Origin: Dictyostelium discoideum
Lineage: Eukaryota
Assembly: GCA_000004695.1 (NCBI GenBank)
Contig: CM000154.2
Span: forward strand, 672,001-736,000
Length of the DNA: 64,000 bases
Direction of reading: 5' to 3'
Made by a program: the position numbers and the translations under genes. Numbering within the stretch: position 1 is the first letter of the stretch; the number at the start of each line of letters is the position of its first letter. Below are positions 13,250 to 28,330 of the stretch, one piece after another. Below the pieces are notes generated by a model. The model was not told the DNA's origin and ran no database searches. It worked only from the letters and a program-made list of their open reading frames with translations.

Positions 13250-14250
13250 AAAAAATTAATATTTTAGAATTATTATTAATTTTAAAACAAATTATTAAAT
13301 AAATAAATAGTTACACTTAAATCAGAGGATGGTATATTTAAATATCTTTGAATTGCATATTTCCACATTTGAGTTATATCATCAAACATTGATTGAACTG
13401 AATGATAGATTCCAGTATTAAAAGTTGACATGGTGATTGGTTGATAGGCAAACCATTTATCTTTGTCTCTGCTTACTGCGATTGCATCATCACCAATACA
13501 ATAATCGATTTCGTTGTAGTTTAATGGTTGTGGGACATAGGGTGGTGGAGTAGTTGAAACGTTTGTAAGTGATGATAATGAAGAGGTTTTCTTTTTCTTC
13601 TTTTTAATGATTTCAAAAGTTGTGGAATTATTCTCATTGTAGAGTGTTGGTTTTTGTCTAACTTTAATATAATCAACTGGTGGTAATAATTTAGTAGTCT
13701 CTTTAACTGATTGTTCAACCTCTTCTAATAATTTTTTTGGTATATGTATTTTGGTTTGTGTTTGTATATTTATTGGGGGTGGTGGTTGTTCAATTTTTAT
13801 ATTTGAGGTTATATTTGTTTTTGAATCAGTTATAGGTTTATCTATATCCATTGATTCAGTTGGTTTAATTTCTACTTCTTCTGTTGTTGATGTTGATGAT
13901 GTTGATGATGTTGGTTTAACTTGTTCATCAGTTGTTATTGTTGTTGCCATTGGCAATGTTGATTTAACATCTTCTGTGGTAGTGCCAACTGCTTCAGAAG
14001 GGGTCACTGTATTTTCAACATCTATTTTCATAATATCATCATTATTTTCATTTGATTTATTATTTATTATAGTTGACTCTACTGGTGATACTATTGTTGG
14101 TGTTTCAGTGGTTGTTATTGTTGGAGTGGAGATTTTTTCTTTTTTCTTTCTTGCTATGTAATTTGGAATTGTTTTTGGAACTGATTCTGATGCCAATCCA
14201 ATCTTTAACGAATGTGATCCATGGTGAATTACAATAACTTTACTTTCCAT
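11410..14250 (-). CDS. Actin-related protein 8 (Arp8, INO80 complex)
   Basis: Exons are 14250..13315, 13202..12747 and 12639..11410. Motifs: VIVIHHGSHSLKIGLASE (N-terminal), …YLNIPSSDLS|SYGCVYVVTDNIDRKSLKQ…CVIDLGHQKISIACVDEGY…TRLTLGYGGEQ, …MNIYHFNADEVYQVVGMSLFYP…ILLVGGGALAPGIQDVL…DCRHAGWRGGAILGCLESTREIWITRSEW. It aligns collinearly with human ACTR8, including the long insert regions; this copy has poly-Asn/Ser/Thr inserts. Confidence 0.8.
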
Positions 14251-14464
14251 TATATTATATTTGTTTAATACAATGAAAAAAAAAAAAAAAAAGAAAATGA
14301 AAAAAAAAAAAAAAAAAAAAAAATGAAAAAAAAAAAAAAAAATAATAAAAAAAAAAAAGAATTAAAAATTAAAATGGAAAAAAAAATAAAAAAAAATTAA
14401 ATATTATGTTTTAAATTAATTATTATTTTTTTAACTTTATTTAATCATTTTTTTATTTATCTAT

Positions 14465-14499
<35 letters not shown>

Positions 14500-14712
14500 A
14501 CACTATTCTGCTTTTTTTTTTTTTTTTTTAATTTTTTTATATTTTTTTTTTTTTTATATTTTTTTTTTTTTTTTAATTTTAATTTTTTTAATTAAAAAAA
14601 AAGTTTTAAAAACAAATTCACTATTTATTTTTATTTGTATAGTATTTCTATTTTATTTTTAAAATAATTTATTTTTATCCTTAAAATTGTATTATAAAAT
14701 TAGTATAATATA

Positions 14713-15987
<1,275 letters not shown>

Positions 15988-16004
15988 AACAAAAAAAAAA
16001 CAAA

Positions 16005-16045
<41 letters not shown>

Positions 16046-16285
16046 GATTAATTAACAAACAATAAAACTTATAAATTTGTAAAAAAATAGATTGTTTCTT
16101 TTTTTTTTTTTTTAATGACTAAAATTTATTCATTATTATCGGATGTTGTTTTTTTTTTTTGACACTGCTATTGTAGTATTATATGGGTAAATTTTTACAA
16201 AATGCCTTTTGATTTGATTTAATTTGATTAAAATAAAATGAAAAAAAGACCTAGTTTTATTTGATATTTAGAGTTGTTATCGAGC

Positions 16286-17217
16286 TTATTGTGGTGGTGG
16301 GTATACCTTTGATTGTGCTTTGACCTTTTTATCATATTCTTCCTTGTTGGTCCTAAAATAGAAAAAAAAAAAAAAAAAAAAAAAAAAATAAAATAAAATA
16401 AAATAAAATAAAATAAAAGGTGTTAACTTTTTATACAATTATTGATACATTTAAATGTTTATAATGATAACTTACAAAAATAAGTGGATTGGAAGTTGTT
16501 GAGCAGGACTTTTTGGATTTGGGTTATCTAATAAATCTTGAATACCTAATAAAACCTATTATTATTTTTGAGTAAAGTGTAAATAATTATATCAATCATT
16601 CTAAATAAAATTCTCTATAAATCTCATATCACTATAATCATAACCCCACACAAACAAACACACACACACACAAAAATATAAAATAAATAAACACACAAAT
16701 AATATATAATGATAGATTGATAAATTACTGTTTTAATTGTTACGGATGGTTTCCAATCTGCTTCTTCATTTAAAATACTTAAACAAACAGTACCTGATGG
16801 GTAAACATTTGGGTGGAAAAAATCTTTTGGGAATCTACATTTAGGTGGTTTACTTGGATAATCTTCAGTAAATTCCATAATAAGTGGATATACACCACCT
16901 TCCCAATTTGTCTATAGTTATTTATAATGTTGGTTTGGTTAGTTTGTTGCCCCTCTATTTTTATTATTTTTTTTATATTTTTTTTCTTTTAAATTTGTTG
17001 TACCAATGGTTTTTGGTAATGATATTGATAATTTATATATAAAAAAAAAAAAAGAAAGACCACCTACTTTTGTTTTACCAGGAATACCACAATTCCAAAC
17101 ATATAAATTTAATGATCCATCTGTGTTTGTTGATGGTCTTGCAAAGAAACCATATGGATGATCTCTTCTCCAATTCTTTCTTTCTTCTGATAATCTAGCT
17201 GATGATATTCCTGCCAT
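16286..17217 (-). CDS. ubc9: SUMO-conjugating enzyme UBC9 (E2)
   Basis: The four exons are 17217..17068, 16911..16729, 16555..16476 and 16352..16286, with donors GTAGGT, GTAATT and GTAAGT. The product reads [50 protein letters not shown]|[61 protein letters not shown]|[26 protein letters not shown]|[22 protein letters not shown]. It is collinear with human UBE2I and has the HPN and catalytic Cys motifs. Confidence 0.85.
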
Positions 17218-17364
17218 ATATAATATATATATATTGAGTATTAAAATTTCAATTGAATGTAATACCTTTTATAATTTGAAATAAATAAAAACTAAATACA
17301 ATTTTTTAAAAAAAAAAAAAAAAAAAAAAAGTTAACTGAGAGTTTTTTTTTTTATTTTTTGTTT

Positions 17365-17402
<38 letters not shown>

Positions 17403-17692
17403 TTTTTTTTTTTTAAAATTTAATTTAAAAATAAATATTTTTTTTTTTTTATTTCTAGAAGGAATACCCGAATCCTTATTTGAAATATTAAAATAAAAAA
17501 ATAAATAAAAATTAATATAAGCAAAATAAAAAAATAAAAAAATAAAAAAATAAAAAAAAGCCACAAGTCTCAAAGTTTTCGATTATTTGTTACCAGAAAA
17601 TAAAAAATATAAAACTAATATAAAAATACAAAAATGAAATAATATATTATATTATTGATATATATACATTATAATATTATATTTAAGTAAAC

Positions 17693-17723
<31 letters not shown>

Positions 17724-17906
17724 AATTATTAAATAAAAGGCCTCAAGTCATTCGATTATTTGTTACCAGAAGATAAAAAAAAATATAAAACAAATAAAAT
17801 AATATATTTATAAGTGTGAATAAACTATGTTTATTGATTTGATTTACTATTTTATTATTAAATAGTTAATGAATAAAAAGTAAATGGATTTTTTTTTTTT
17901 TTTTTT

Positions 17907-20602
17907 TTAAAGTTTTTCATTATATTCTTCAAGAGTTGGTAATTTTGGATTTAAACCTTTTCTCTTTCTAATTGATGAAGCTACTTCAGTTGATCTTTTA
18001 TCTTGACCAACGATACCAATTGAACTCCAATGATCAAAAACACATTGAGGGAAAGCTTGACCAGCAGTACTTGAACGTAAATCAGCAGTGAGACCAAATG
18101 ATTCCATTACAGGAAGATAAGCTTTGATATTGAATAATGGAGTACCAATACGACGTTCTTCACCAATGACAACACCTCTTCTACGATTGAGTACAGAGTA
18201 GATACCACTAATACCACTTTCAGGAGTACTAATATCAACCAAATACATTGGTTCCAAAAGTGTTGGTTGAGCTGATAGTTGGGAGGCATACATTACACGA
18301 CGAGTTGTTGGAATAAATTGACCACTACCTCTATGAATTGCATCGGCATGAAGCATTACATCATAAACGTTGAAACGAATCGATCTCATTTTCTCACCAC
18401 ATAATACACCTTCATTTGAGATCCATTGGAATGCTGAAACCATAGAGTCTTTAATTTCATGAAGATATTGAACACCTTTGGTTTTGTTAACTAAAACATT
18501 TGGACCCTTATATTCTGGACCAAATGACCAAATGTTAACTGCATCATTCTTATCCCAAGAATGTTTATCATAGAGATAATTGGCACGACTTTTAACATCT
18601 TGATTAAAAGCCACCAAACCATTATCAATATCATCAGTTAGGTCTGACGATAATGGTTCAGATTTCATGTAGATACGATTGTGTTTATTTGGTGATTTTG
18701 CAAGACACATGATTTTTGATTCCTCTGAAACAGATTCACAAAATGATACCACTGGATCAGAGGTAATAATTTCAATGCCTGCATGATCTTCTTCAAGGTC
18801 TTTAAGACAAATTTCCAAGTGAAGTTCACCTGCACCAGCAACAATATGTTCACCAGATGTTTCGGTGATACATAAAACACATGGATCAGCTTTTGCTAAA
18901 ATTTTAAGACCTTCAATAAGTTTTGGTAGTTCAGATGGATTCTTTGGTTGTACAGCCACCCGGACTACGGGAGAAACCGAGAATTTCATAACTCTTATAT
19001 TATGAGCCGTTTCTTCCGTAGAAATCGTACCAGATTTAACCAAGAACTGGTCTACACCAACCAAACCAATGATATTACCACATGGACAATCATCGAGAAG
19101 TTCAATCTTTCTACCCATCATAAGTACGGTACGTTGAATTGATTTAAGGTATAGATCATCCTTTTTGCCTGGTACATAATCTGGTCCCATGATACGAACC
19201 TTTTGACCAGTACGGATGGTACCAGAGAAAACACGACCAAATGCATAGAAACGACCTTTATCCGAGGTTGGAATCATTTTAGATACATACATCATCAATG
19301 GACCATTTGGATCACAATTAGCAATAGCCAATGCACATTTATCATCCATTGGACCTTCATAAAGATGACTAACACGATATTTCTGTGCTTCCAATGGTGA
19401 TGGTAAATGAGAGACAACCATTGAAAGAATGGCATCTGAAGCTGGTAAGAACTTTCTCATGATTGATTTGATCAAATTCTTACCCTTCAATTCAGCATCT
19501 TCAGGTGAGAGAGAAATGTTGAGTACTTTCAACATTGAATCGATTCTATCTTGATCTTCATCGATTACTGCACGAGTCAATTTATAAATTGGATCCAAAA
19601 TAAATTGACAAAATGCTCTTTGTAATGGTTTTGCTTCACCACTACCATCATCAGATGAAGGTACATTTGAAGTTTTCCATTTCTTTGATTCTTGATCAAA
19701 GTAATTATCACCCCATAAACGTGACATTAATTTCTCTTCAGAAACACCAAATTTTGAAGCGTAAAGTTTTGCGAATTTACCAATTGTAAAACCCCAACCA
19801 TGTAGGCCAGAACCAAATGCAATTGTACCTTTCTCTGGTGAGAGGTTAATATCACCCATCATACCATTACCAAATTCATTGTTTTCACCAGTACAACCAA
19901 ATGATCCAATTACTACATTTACAGATTCAATGGCTCTTGTAAATGATAAATAGGCATCTTCACTGTTTAATTGGAGTTCCAAAAGAAAACGATCAACCTT
20001 GTTTACAAATAAAACTGGTTTAATACGTTCAGCCATTGCTTGACGTAAAACAGTTTCAGTTTGTACACAAACACCCTCAACACAATCGATAACTACCAAT
20101 GCACCATCGGTAACACGAAGTGCTGCTGTTACTTCAGAACTAAAATCAACATGACCTGGTGAATCAATAAGATTGATCAAGAATTCGTGTGAGCTACAAC
20201 CAGTTGGTAATTTCTCATCTTTTGGCATTTCAAAGTGAAGTGAAACAGATGATGACTTTATGGTAATACCACGTAATTGTTCATCTGGACGACATGACAT
20301 ATATCCTGCATTACCAGATACCTTATCTGCAATAATACCAGCTCTTTGAATTAATGAATCAGTAAGAGTAGTTTTACCATGATCAACACTTTTTTTTTTT
20401 TTATTATTTTAAAAAATAATAAAAATAATAATAATAATAATAATAATAGAAAATAAAAAAAAATATTAATAATTAATAAAATTTTATTAAATAATAATTA
20501 TAAAATAAATTATAATACTTACTGAGCAATAACAGACATATTTCTGATATTTTCACGACGATCCATAATTGAACGAATTTGATCTATTGTAAAATTGACC
20601 AT
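17907..20602 (-). CDS. efbA: Translation elongation factor 2 (EF-2)
   Basis: Exon 1 is 20602..20523 ([32 protein letters not shown] donor). Exon 2 is 20388..17907 ([47 protein letters not shown]…[20 protein letters not shown]…). The diphthamide-region and GTPase motifs are present. Confidence 0.9.
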
Positions 20603-21135
20603 TTTTTTTTTGTTTTAGTTTTTTTAGAAATGAGAGTTTTTAAAATGAATTTTAATAATAAGAGTTTAAAGAGAATAATTGTACAAAGGCAAATTAAAGT
20701 TTGGCCAATGTAGGGGAAAAATAAAGTTTAAGTTTTATTAATTTTGTTTTGTATATGTAATAATATTTATTATTGATATGACAAAAATAAAAAAAAAAAA
20801 ATTTTGTTTAAATAGTTTTCCTTTGGCCAAAAAAAAAATATTTGGGAAAATAGAAAGAAAATATATTATAATTTTAATATAAAAAAAAAAACAACCCCCC
20901 AATCAATATTAATTTTTACAAAGACATCAATTCTGAACATATTTTCAATTTCATTTTTTTTTTATATAAAAAAAGAAAACTCAAAAACCAAAGAAAAAAA
21001 AAAAGTCCTTTCCAAACTATTTCTTTTAAAATATTAAATCTTTTTTCAATCTAATGTTATCAAAAAAAACTTTTTACATTACATTTTTTTAAAAAAAAAA
21101 AAAAAAAAAACTCCCATAATTTTTAAAATTAATTA

Positions 21136-21293
21136 AAAATGTTCTAATTTAATTTTAAAAATGACATTATTTTAATAGGGTGGCCTTACCAGCATCAAAT
21201 TCTATCCTTTCGAGACCCATTTGGTGGGATGTGTGGAGAAATCCATACAGTTGGTTCAATTCCAATCTTGAAAACAAATAAATCTTGCCATCT

Positions 21294-21340
<47 letters not shown>

Positions 21341-21500
21341 TGTTCTAATTTAATTTTAAAAATGACATTATTTTAATAGGGTGGCCTTACCAGCATCAAA
21401 TTTTATCCTTTCGAGACCCATTTGGTGGGATGTGTGGAGAAATCCATACAGTTGGTTTGATTCTAATCTTGAAATCAAATAAATCTTACCATCTGTTTTT
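21136..21500 (+). repeat. Tandem duplication of a roughly 160-bp unit carrying a tRNA-like B box (GGTTCAATTCC), each copy ending in a T-run; candidate Pol III ncRNA or tRNA-derived element
   Basis: Copy 1 is 21136..21294, followed by T(41). Copy 2 is 21336..21495, followed by TTTTT, at about 96% identity. Both carry '…ccatacagttGGTTCAATTCCaatcttg…', which forms a T-arm-like stem-loop, and an upstream 'ggccttaccagcatcaa'. Confidence 0.4.
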
Positions 21501-22048
21501 ATCGACACTGAGTTTGGTGTATTTTATTTGGTAATAATTGCATTATTGCTTACTAAAATTAGGTTGTTATTATTGGTGCTTTTAGACTTTTTTGATTAGG
21601 TGAGGGATTTTCTTTCTTTTTTCCCAAAAAAATTTATTAAAAAAAAAATTATAAAAAATAAAATAAAACATTCAAAATAATGGGTTCAAATCTTGGTCTG
21701 ACCACGAATTAACAAATAATAATAATATTAATAAAAATAACTTAATTTTAAAAAATAAAATAAAAAGGATAGTCGACAAGTTTTTTTTTGAGGGAAAGGA
21801 AATTATATATATTTTTTTTTTTTTTTTTTTAAAAATTAGGATATTTAAAAAAAAATCATTAATAAAAAAAAAATTAAAAACAAATTTTATTGTATCTCAT
21901 TTTTTGGTATATCCTTTTTTAATTAAAAAAAAAAACACCAACCAATTATGTGTTTTTATTTTTTAATTAAAAAAAAAAAAAAAAATTGTAATAATAACAA
22001 TTTTTTGAAAATATCCCATTTAAAAAATATCTTAATTTGATTTTTTTG

Positions 22049-22090
<42 letters not shown>

Positions 22091-22102
22091 CACAAAAATT
22101 AT

Positions 22103-22136
<34 letters not shown>

Positions 22137-22188
22137 CATTTTTATTATTACCAATTTTTTTTATTATTTGTTCATTTTCATAAACAGA

Positions 22189-22591
22189 ATGAGCTTTTTT
22201 AGTAATTTATTTTCAAAACCTGAAGAGTAAGCAAATAAAAATAAAAATAATTACAACAAGATAATTTTTGAGGAAATTAAAAAAAAAAAAAAAAAATCAT
22301 TAATTAATTTTAAAAAAAAATCATTAATTAATTTTAAAAAAAAATCTAATCTTTTATTTAAATAGTAAATTAACATCTTTTCAAGTTTCAAAAGCACCAA
22401 CATTTGAAGAATTTAAAAAAACATTAAAAGATAATGGAGTCTCTGATACAACATTTGAAGATTTGTTTGAAAAAATGGTATTAATGACATTGACGTCATT
22501 TTTAGAAAAGTACCCATCAAAAGAAACTTCAAAATGTCAACATAGTAAGTTTTATTTTTTTTTCTATTTATATACCAACAAAATTATTAAT

Positions 22592-22632
<41 letters not shown>

Positions 22633-25600
22633 AAAGTTCCAACACAACCAGAATGGTTTTATTCATGTAAAACTTGTTGTAATGAATCAAACTATTATTG
22701 TAGAAATTGTTTTTTTGATGGTGAACATATTGAAAAAGGACATTCAATTTCAATGACAGAAAATTCTAGTGGTAGAGTTTGTGATTGTGGTGGTGAAGGT
22801 ATTAAACCTGAAGCATATTGTAGTAAACATATTAAATCCAATGAAAAGGTAAAGCAAGAGCTACTAAGTAAGATTCCAAGTTTCGTTAAAAAGGATATTC
22901 ACATTTTCTTTAGATACTCACTTCAATATCTTCAATATTTGTCAACTACATCAGCAACTCAACCAACAATCTCTGAAGAGAACAAAGAGGAGACCATATT
23001 AATTGGAAGTTGGTTCATTATGATAGCATCAATTTCATCGTCATTGGTTCATATGGCTGCAGAAGAAACTTCAGGAAGAGTTTTAGATTCATTAGAGAAT
23101 GGTGAATTTAAATTGAATGAACACAAACCATTACCTTACAAAATTGAAACTCATTCAATGGATGGTAACAGTGATATTATTCAACCATTTGCAAGTAAAA
23201 ATTCAAGTTTATTATCATTTGTATTTGGTAATAGTACCGCATTGCATTCTCTATTGCCATTGATCATCATTTTATATGATAATCATAAGAATTTCAAATT
23301 GGTGGTAATTGAAGAGTTTCTTAAAAACTATTCAAACTTATTTAAAAATAGAGATCAAGTTTCCACCGATATCTCTTTGAAAATGTCAAGTCTCTATTTG
23401 GGTAATAGTTTAATTTCAAAGTTTTGTACCGACTATTCAAAATATAATTACTTGGAATTGGTATTACGTGCTCATAAGAATTACTATGTACCATTGTTAT
23501 TACCATTCTATCAAACTTCAAATCCAGAGGATATCAAAAAGGATGTTATGTTACAAACTGATCTTGAAAATTTCCCAAGATTAATGAAATCCGCGAATAT
23601 TGTAAAATACTTTGTAACCGATGAAGAGAAAATGGATTTATTCTTTGAATTGGCAGGTTCTTATCATAAATTTACAACCTTGGAATATATTGACCCATCA
23701 ATTTCAACTTGTAAATTCCTTTTAAACACTGAACATTACCTTGTCAATACCATTAGAAATATTTTGACAACTATTGAATCTGAAAAAGATTTTATTTTTG
23801 ATTCTGAAACTTTGAAAAAGAAGTTTTTAGATTCAACAATTAAAAGTATCGCCGAGAAATTGGTAAAGAATATTAAAGAATTAAAAAAAAGAGAAATGAC
23901 AAATCGTTGTGGTATGATGTTAGAACATAAGGACTTTTTCGTTAATTTCACCTATGCTGAAATTCCTGTACATTTCCCATTGTTCCGTATTTTATCAGCT
24001 TTCTTATTACTTAGTGGAATGGATCCAATGGAATTGTTGACAACAAAATATAATCTAACTCAAGCTGATATCACTGAAATGGTTACAACTATTCTTTTGT
24101 TTAGATTCTGTTATATCACCTATGATATTCAATCCTCCACTGAAAATATCACCGATATCTCCATGTTGTACGATTTACATATACTTCAAGTTGGTCTCTG
24201 TTTATTGGGTACAAAGAAATTCTTATTGACTTTCTTTAATGCTTTATCATCAATCAGTCATGGTAACAATTCAAAGGTATTCGTTGATAATCTTTCCTTG
24301 TTAATCTCTGTATTCCAAACTAGAGCAAATCTTGCACCAACTAAAACTCAAGCATTCTATCATTTGTACCAAGGTGCCATGTCTGGTTTATTCTTTAAAG
24401 TTCATTTCCGTTCATTCGATATGATTTTACCAGGTTTCACTGAAAATGATATTTGTGAAAAGCATATCGAAGAGTTTACAACACCAGGTGAAACAGAAAA
24501 GCTTTTACTCGATCAAACCAATTGGAAATATTATGATAAATATTATCCATACTTTTCTTTGAACTATCGTGATTTAATCTCTTCAAATTGTTCAAAGAAG
24601 TATAAAGCCTATCAAGAATCATTGGGTTTACCAGGCAACTTCAATCCATTACCACCACAACTTGAAGAATTACCATCACAATTATCTGGTGTTTATTCAG
24701 CATTAAATGATCAATACCTTTTCGAAATGATTTTCAATGTTTTGGTTGCACCATTGCACTCAACATTTGTTGATTATGAAAATTCCTTTGAATTACAATC
24801 TGTTATCAAACGTTTATTCTCTTCAGTTCCAGTTCCACCAATCAATGAATTTTTTTATATTTTAACATTGACTTTCAAATCTTTTAAAGAACAATTCTTA
24901 CCAAAATTACAAGATTCAGAGAAATTGGAATTACAACAATCACTTCAAGAATACTTTAAATTGGATTCTGAAAATAAATTCACTTTCAAATTCCAATCAA
25001 CAATTAAAGAGAATGCAATCACTCATTTACTTCAAGTTTATCATGTTAACTTGGGTGAATCAAATGGTAAAGTTATGTTATCATTATATGATTTACTTTT
25101 AAAATATAATGAAATCATTAAAAAAGATAATTTACTTTATTCTGAATATACTTCAAATATCAATTATGTTTTCAATATTCTTTTTGAATTTGATTCTGAA
25201 ATATTTAATCAATTTAAACAACAATCAAATGTAGTTGCTGCTGTTGTTGATGTTGCTGCTTCTGCTGCTGCTGTTGATAACTCTACTACAGAAAATACCA
25301 CCACAACCACTTCATCATTAAATGTTGAAGATTCATTAAAAGATTTAAATATTAAAGATGATTCAACAACAACAACAACAACTACTGTTGATGCTACTGC
25401 CACCACCACCACTAATGAAGAAACAACAAAGAATTGTGTAATTTGTAATGGTAATGAAGAAGTTGGTAGATTATTTTCAATGTCATATATTGATTTATCA
25501 TCAGTTACATTCCAAAATGCAACTAGAACTGTTTATCAATATTCAAAGGATAAAGAGAATGGTTATGATCCACGTTATCAAACTTTTCTTGAAAACTTTT

Positions 25601-27162
25601 ACTTTATTGATATTAAACCAGGTACATCACAATACATTCCATATAAAGATGATCCAGCACCATTATTTGCATGTTATCTTTTCCAAAGGTGTCCATCCAC
25701 TTATATCTCTAGTTGTGGTCATAATGTTCACAAGAAATGTTTAGAAAAATATAATAAAACCAATCCACCACCAGTCAATACACTTTTCAACAATACCTAT
25801 AAATGTCCAAAATCAGGTTGCTCAAGAGAATGTGACATTCTCATTCCATTAGGTAAACCAGATACTTCATTAGATTTTAAATCTTCAGCCAATGAATTAT
25901 TCTCAACCATGTGTTATTTCGATTTCTTAGCTTTGATGGAAAAAGAAAACAAATACAGTATCGATAAGTATTTATGGAAATTTGTTTTACAAAATATTGA
26001 AACCTTGGAATTGAAATCAAGAAAAACCAAACTCTACAATGAATCTGAAAATGATCCAGAATACCATTTAATGAGTGAACAAGAATTCCAAAATGAAATG
26101 TTAACAACTTCACGTCTTTTCAAGGTAGTTATGACTGCAGATGTTGAACCAGAACCACTCTTACCAATTTACGACCAATCAACCTTCTTTATGGATCCAT
26201 TCACAAGTAGTAGTTATTCAGTTTACTTGGAACCAAAAGAACAACCAATTGAATTGTTATTCAAAGGTTTAGCATTATACCTTTTCAATGTACTCCTTAA
26301 TCATTGCTTTAGAAATAAAGTTGTTCCAAGTGAAAGTGCTGATAATCCAACCATCGTTTCAAAATTAATCATTGAAGAATTTAATAAACTCTTCTTTGAT
26401 GATTCAAATAAATTAAAACAATTGGATCAAAAGGTTTATTTAGAATTTAAAAATCAAATCCATCCATACCTTAGAAAACTTTTGATTTTCAATAATCTCT
26501 ACAAACCAGAATCATTGAAATCTTCAACCACTTTTGATATTTCTTTGGATGTACTTTCAGACTTTAATCAATGTATGAAGTTATTGTTTAATTTCGATTC
26601 AATTGAACTTTTATTCTCACAATTGGTTACAAAGGATTATTTAGAGTTAACTTTGAACTTCTTTATGAAAAAGAGAAAACTCAGTTCAAATATTTCAAGT
26701 TTCCCACAATTATTATGTACCTATCCACCACCACAACAATATGACTTCCTTCCAGATTTCTTTGAAATGTTGCCAAAATATGCCGATTCTATCAAAGAGA
26801 ATACTGATGTTGGTAATTGTTCAGTTTGTAAAAAGATTAACAAAATGGTTTGTTTAGTTTGTGGTGTTGGTATTTGCCCAAGCACAACTTGTAAACTTGG
26901 TCCAATCGTCCATTTATATTCTTGTCAATCCGCTCCAATAGGTTACTATCAACATGTTCCTTCTCCAAGTCTTTTTGTTTACATAACAAAACATAGTATT
27001 TTCACAAGATCATTCTCAACCTCCATTTACTTAGATAAAAATGGTAAAAAACCAACAGATCTCTCTGATTGCAATTTAACTCTTTCAAAGAAAGAATTGA
27101 AAAAACTCTTTATTAATTGGATGAATCATTCAAACTCTAATTTTTTAATTAAAAATAAATAA
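22189..27162 (+). CDS. UBR-box E3 ubiquitin ligase (N-recognin family), paralog 1
   Basis: Exons are 22189..22226 (MSFFSNLFSKPE, GTAAGC donor), 22366..22544 (…KAPTFEEFKK…SKETSKCQH) and 22637..27162. UBR-box zinc finger: EWFYSCKTCCNESNYYCRNCFFDGEHIEKGHSISMTENSSGRVCDCGGEGIKPEAYCSKH. UBR RING-like region: FACYLFQRCPSTYISSCGHNVHKKCLEKY…CPKSGCSRECDILIPLG. C-terminal Cys-rich UBR autoinhibitory domain: CSVCKKINKMVCLVCGVGICP…. Confidence 0.8.
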
Positions 27163-27273
27163 AATAATTTGAATAATTTAAATAATTTAAATAATTTAAA
27201 TAATAAAAATAAATAAATAAATAAAAATAAATAAATAATTAAATATTTAAGTTAATAAATAAAATCATTCTAT

Positions 27274-28330
27274 TTATTGAGTTAAATAAACAAAGAATAA
27301 AATAGCTAAAATTGAACTACCCCAATTAGCAACTATAAAACCAAAAATTCTACAACGATGATTATAATCCCAACCAACATGGGGGTGGAATTTGAACACC
27401 TGATAGAATAAAATGATTGGTAAAGCTGCAATGTTTACACCTAATGCTTGAGCAAATGATACAATGTAAACGCTAAACATTATATGCATTAACCAATAAT
27501 AAAAGTTTGCACTAGTGGTCGGTTAATTCCTGATGTCCAATAAATTGTTATAAAGAAAAGTGTACATGATACTATAACGTATGGAATTTCAAAAACAATC
27601 ATTTACTTACTGTATCACGTTTAAAGTATTCTTTTTGAATGAAAAACATTAGTGATACTAAATAAATTAATACCAAGTATCAATGCTTCCCAACTCATTA
27701 AAACTCTTTGTTGTTGATCAGATGAACTATCCTTTAAGTCATAAAAAGTAAAACCAATTACAAGACCAGAGATTGTACTTTGAGCAAAACTACCTATTGT
27801 ATAATAAACGTCACGAAAGTAAATTATATTTAAACGTTTATAAACTTTAATGAATTGAGTTAAATAACCATTTGCAAATTCTCTTGCTTTACCTTTATTT
27901 TCAACGACGTTGCCATCTTTACCATTTGAAATATATTTTTCTAATGTTTCTTTTGATTTTAAATGATGATCCAATTCTTGTAATACATCTTGATATTATT
28001 TTGATTGTTTCCAAACTGTTTGTCAATCAAGATTTGTTGTACCACTAATACCTGCACCAGTTGCTTCTAAAATATATTAAGCAGGATTTTCATCTTCAGT
28101 ACATGGACAAACACCATTACGTTGGAAATAAGAGGTTAAATTTTTAGATTTTTCACCTATATCACCAAAATATACTTTTTTACCACCCCTTGCTAATATT
28201 TCAAAACATAGAAAAAATAAAAATTTAGATATGATCAATTTGTAGTTCACCACTTTGTTAAAATGAGTGATGGTATCTTCACTTGGAATAATCTTAAATA
28301 TACTGTACAAGGGAGGGGCCAAAAAATTTT
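27274..28330 (-). pseudogene. ABCG-family (PDR/WBC type) transporter fragment, disrupted by frameshifts or stops and a local inversion
   Basis: Three minus-strand ORFs in different frames carry ABCG motifs: …[40 protein letters not shown] (NBD end), …EKYISNG…YLTQFIKVYKRLNIIYFRDVYYTIGSFAQSTISGLVIGFTFYDLKDSSSDQQQRVLMSWEALILGI (TMD) and …FGFIVANWGSSILAILFFVYL. In-frame stops occur around 27975-27990 and 27520-27620. The plus strand at 28266-28310 encodes [12 protein letters not shown], an NBD start motif, in the opposite orientation. Confidence 0.6.

Noticed and set aside
13521-14161. ORFs on both strands inside Arp8 exon 1
   Set aside because: They overlap the Thr/Ser/Pro-rich insert region of Arp8. 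The sense frame is supported by flanking conserved Arp motifs.
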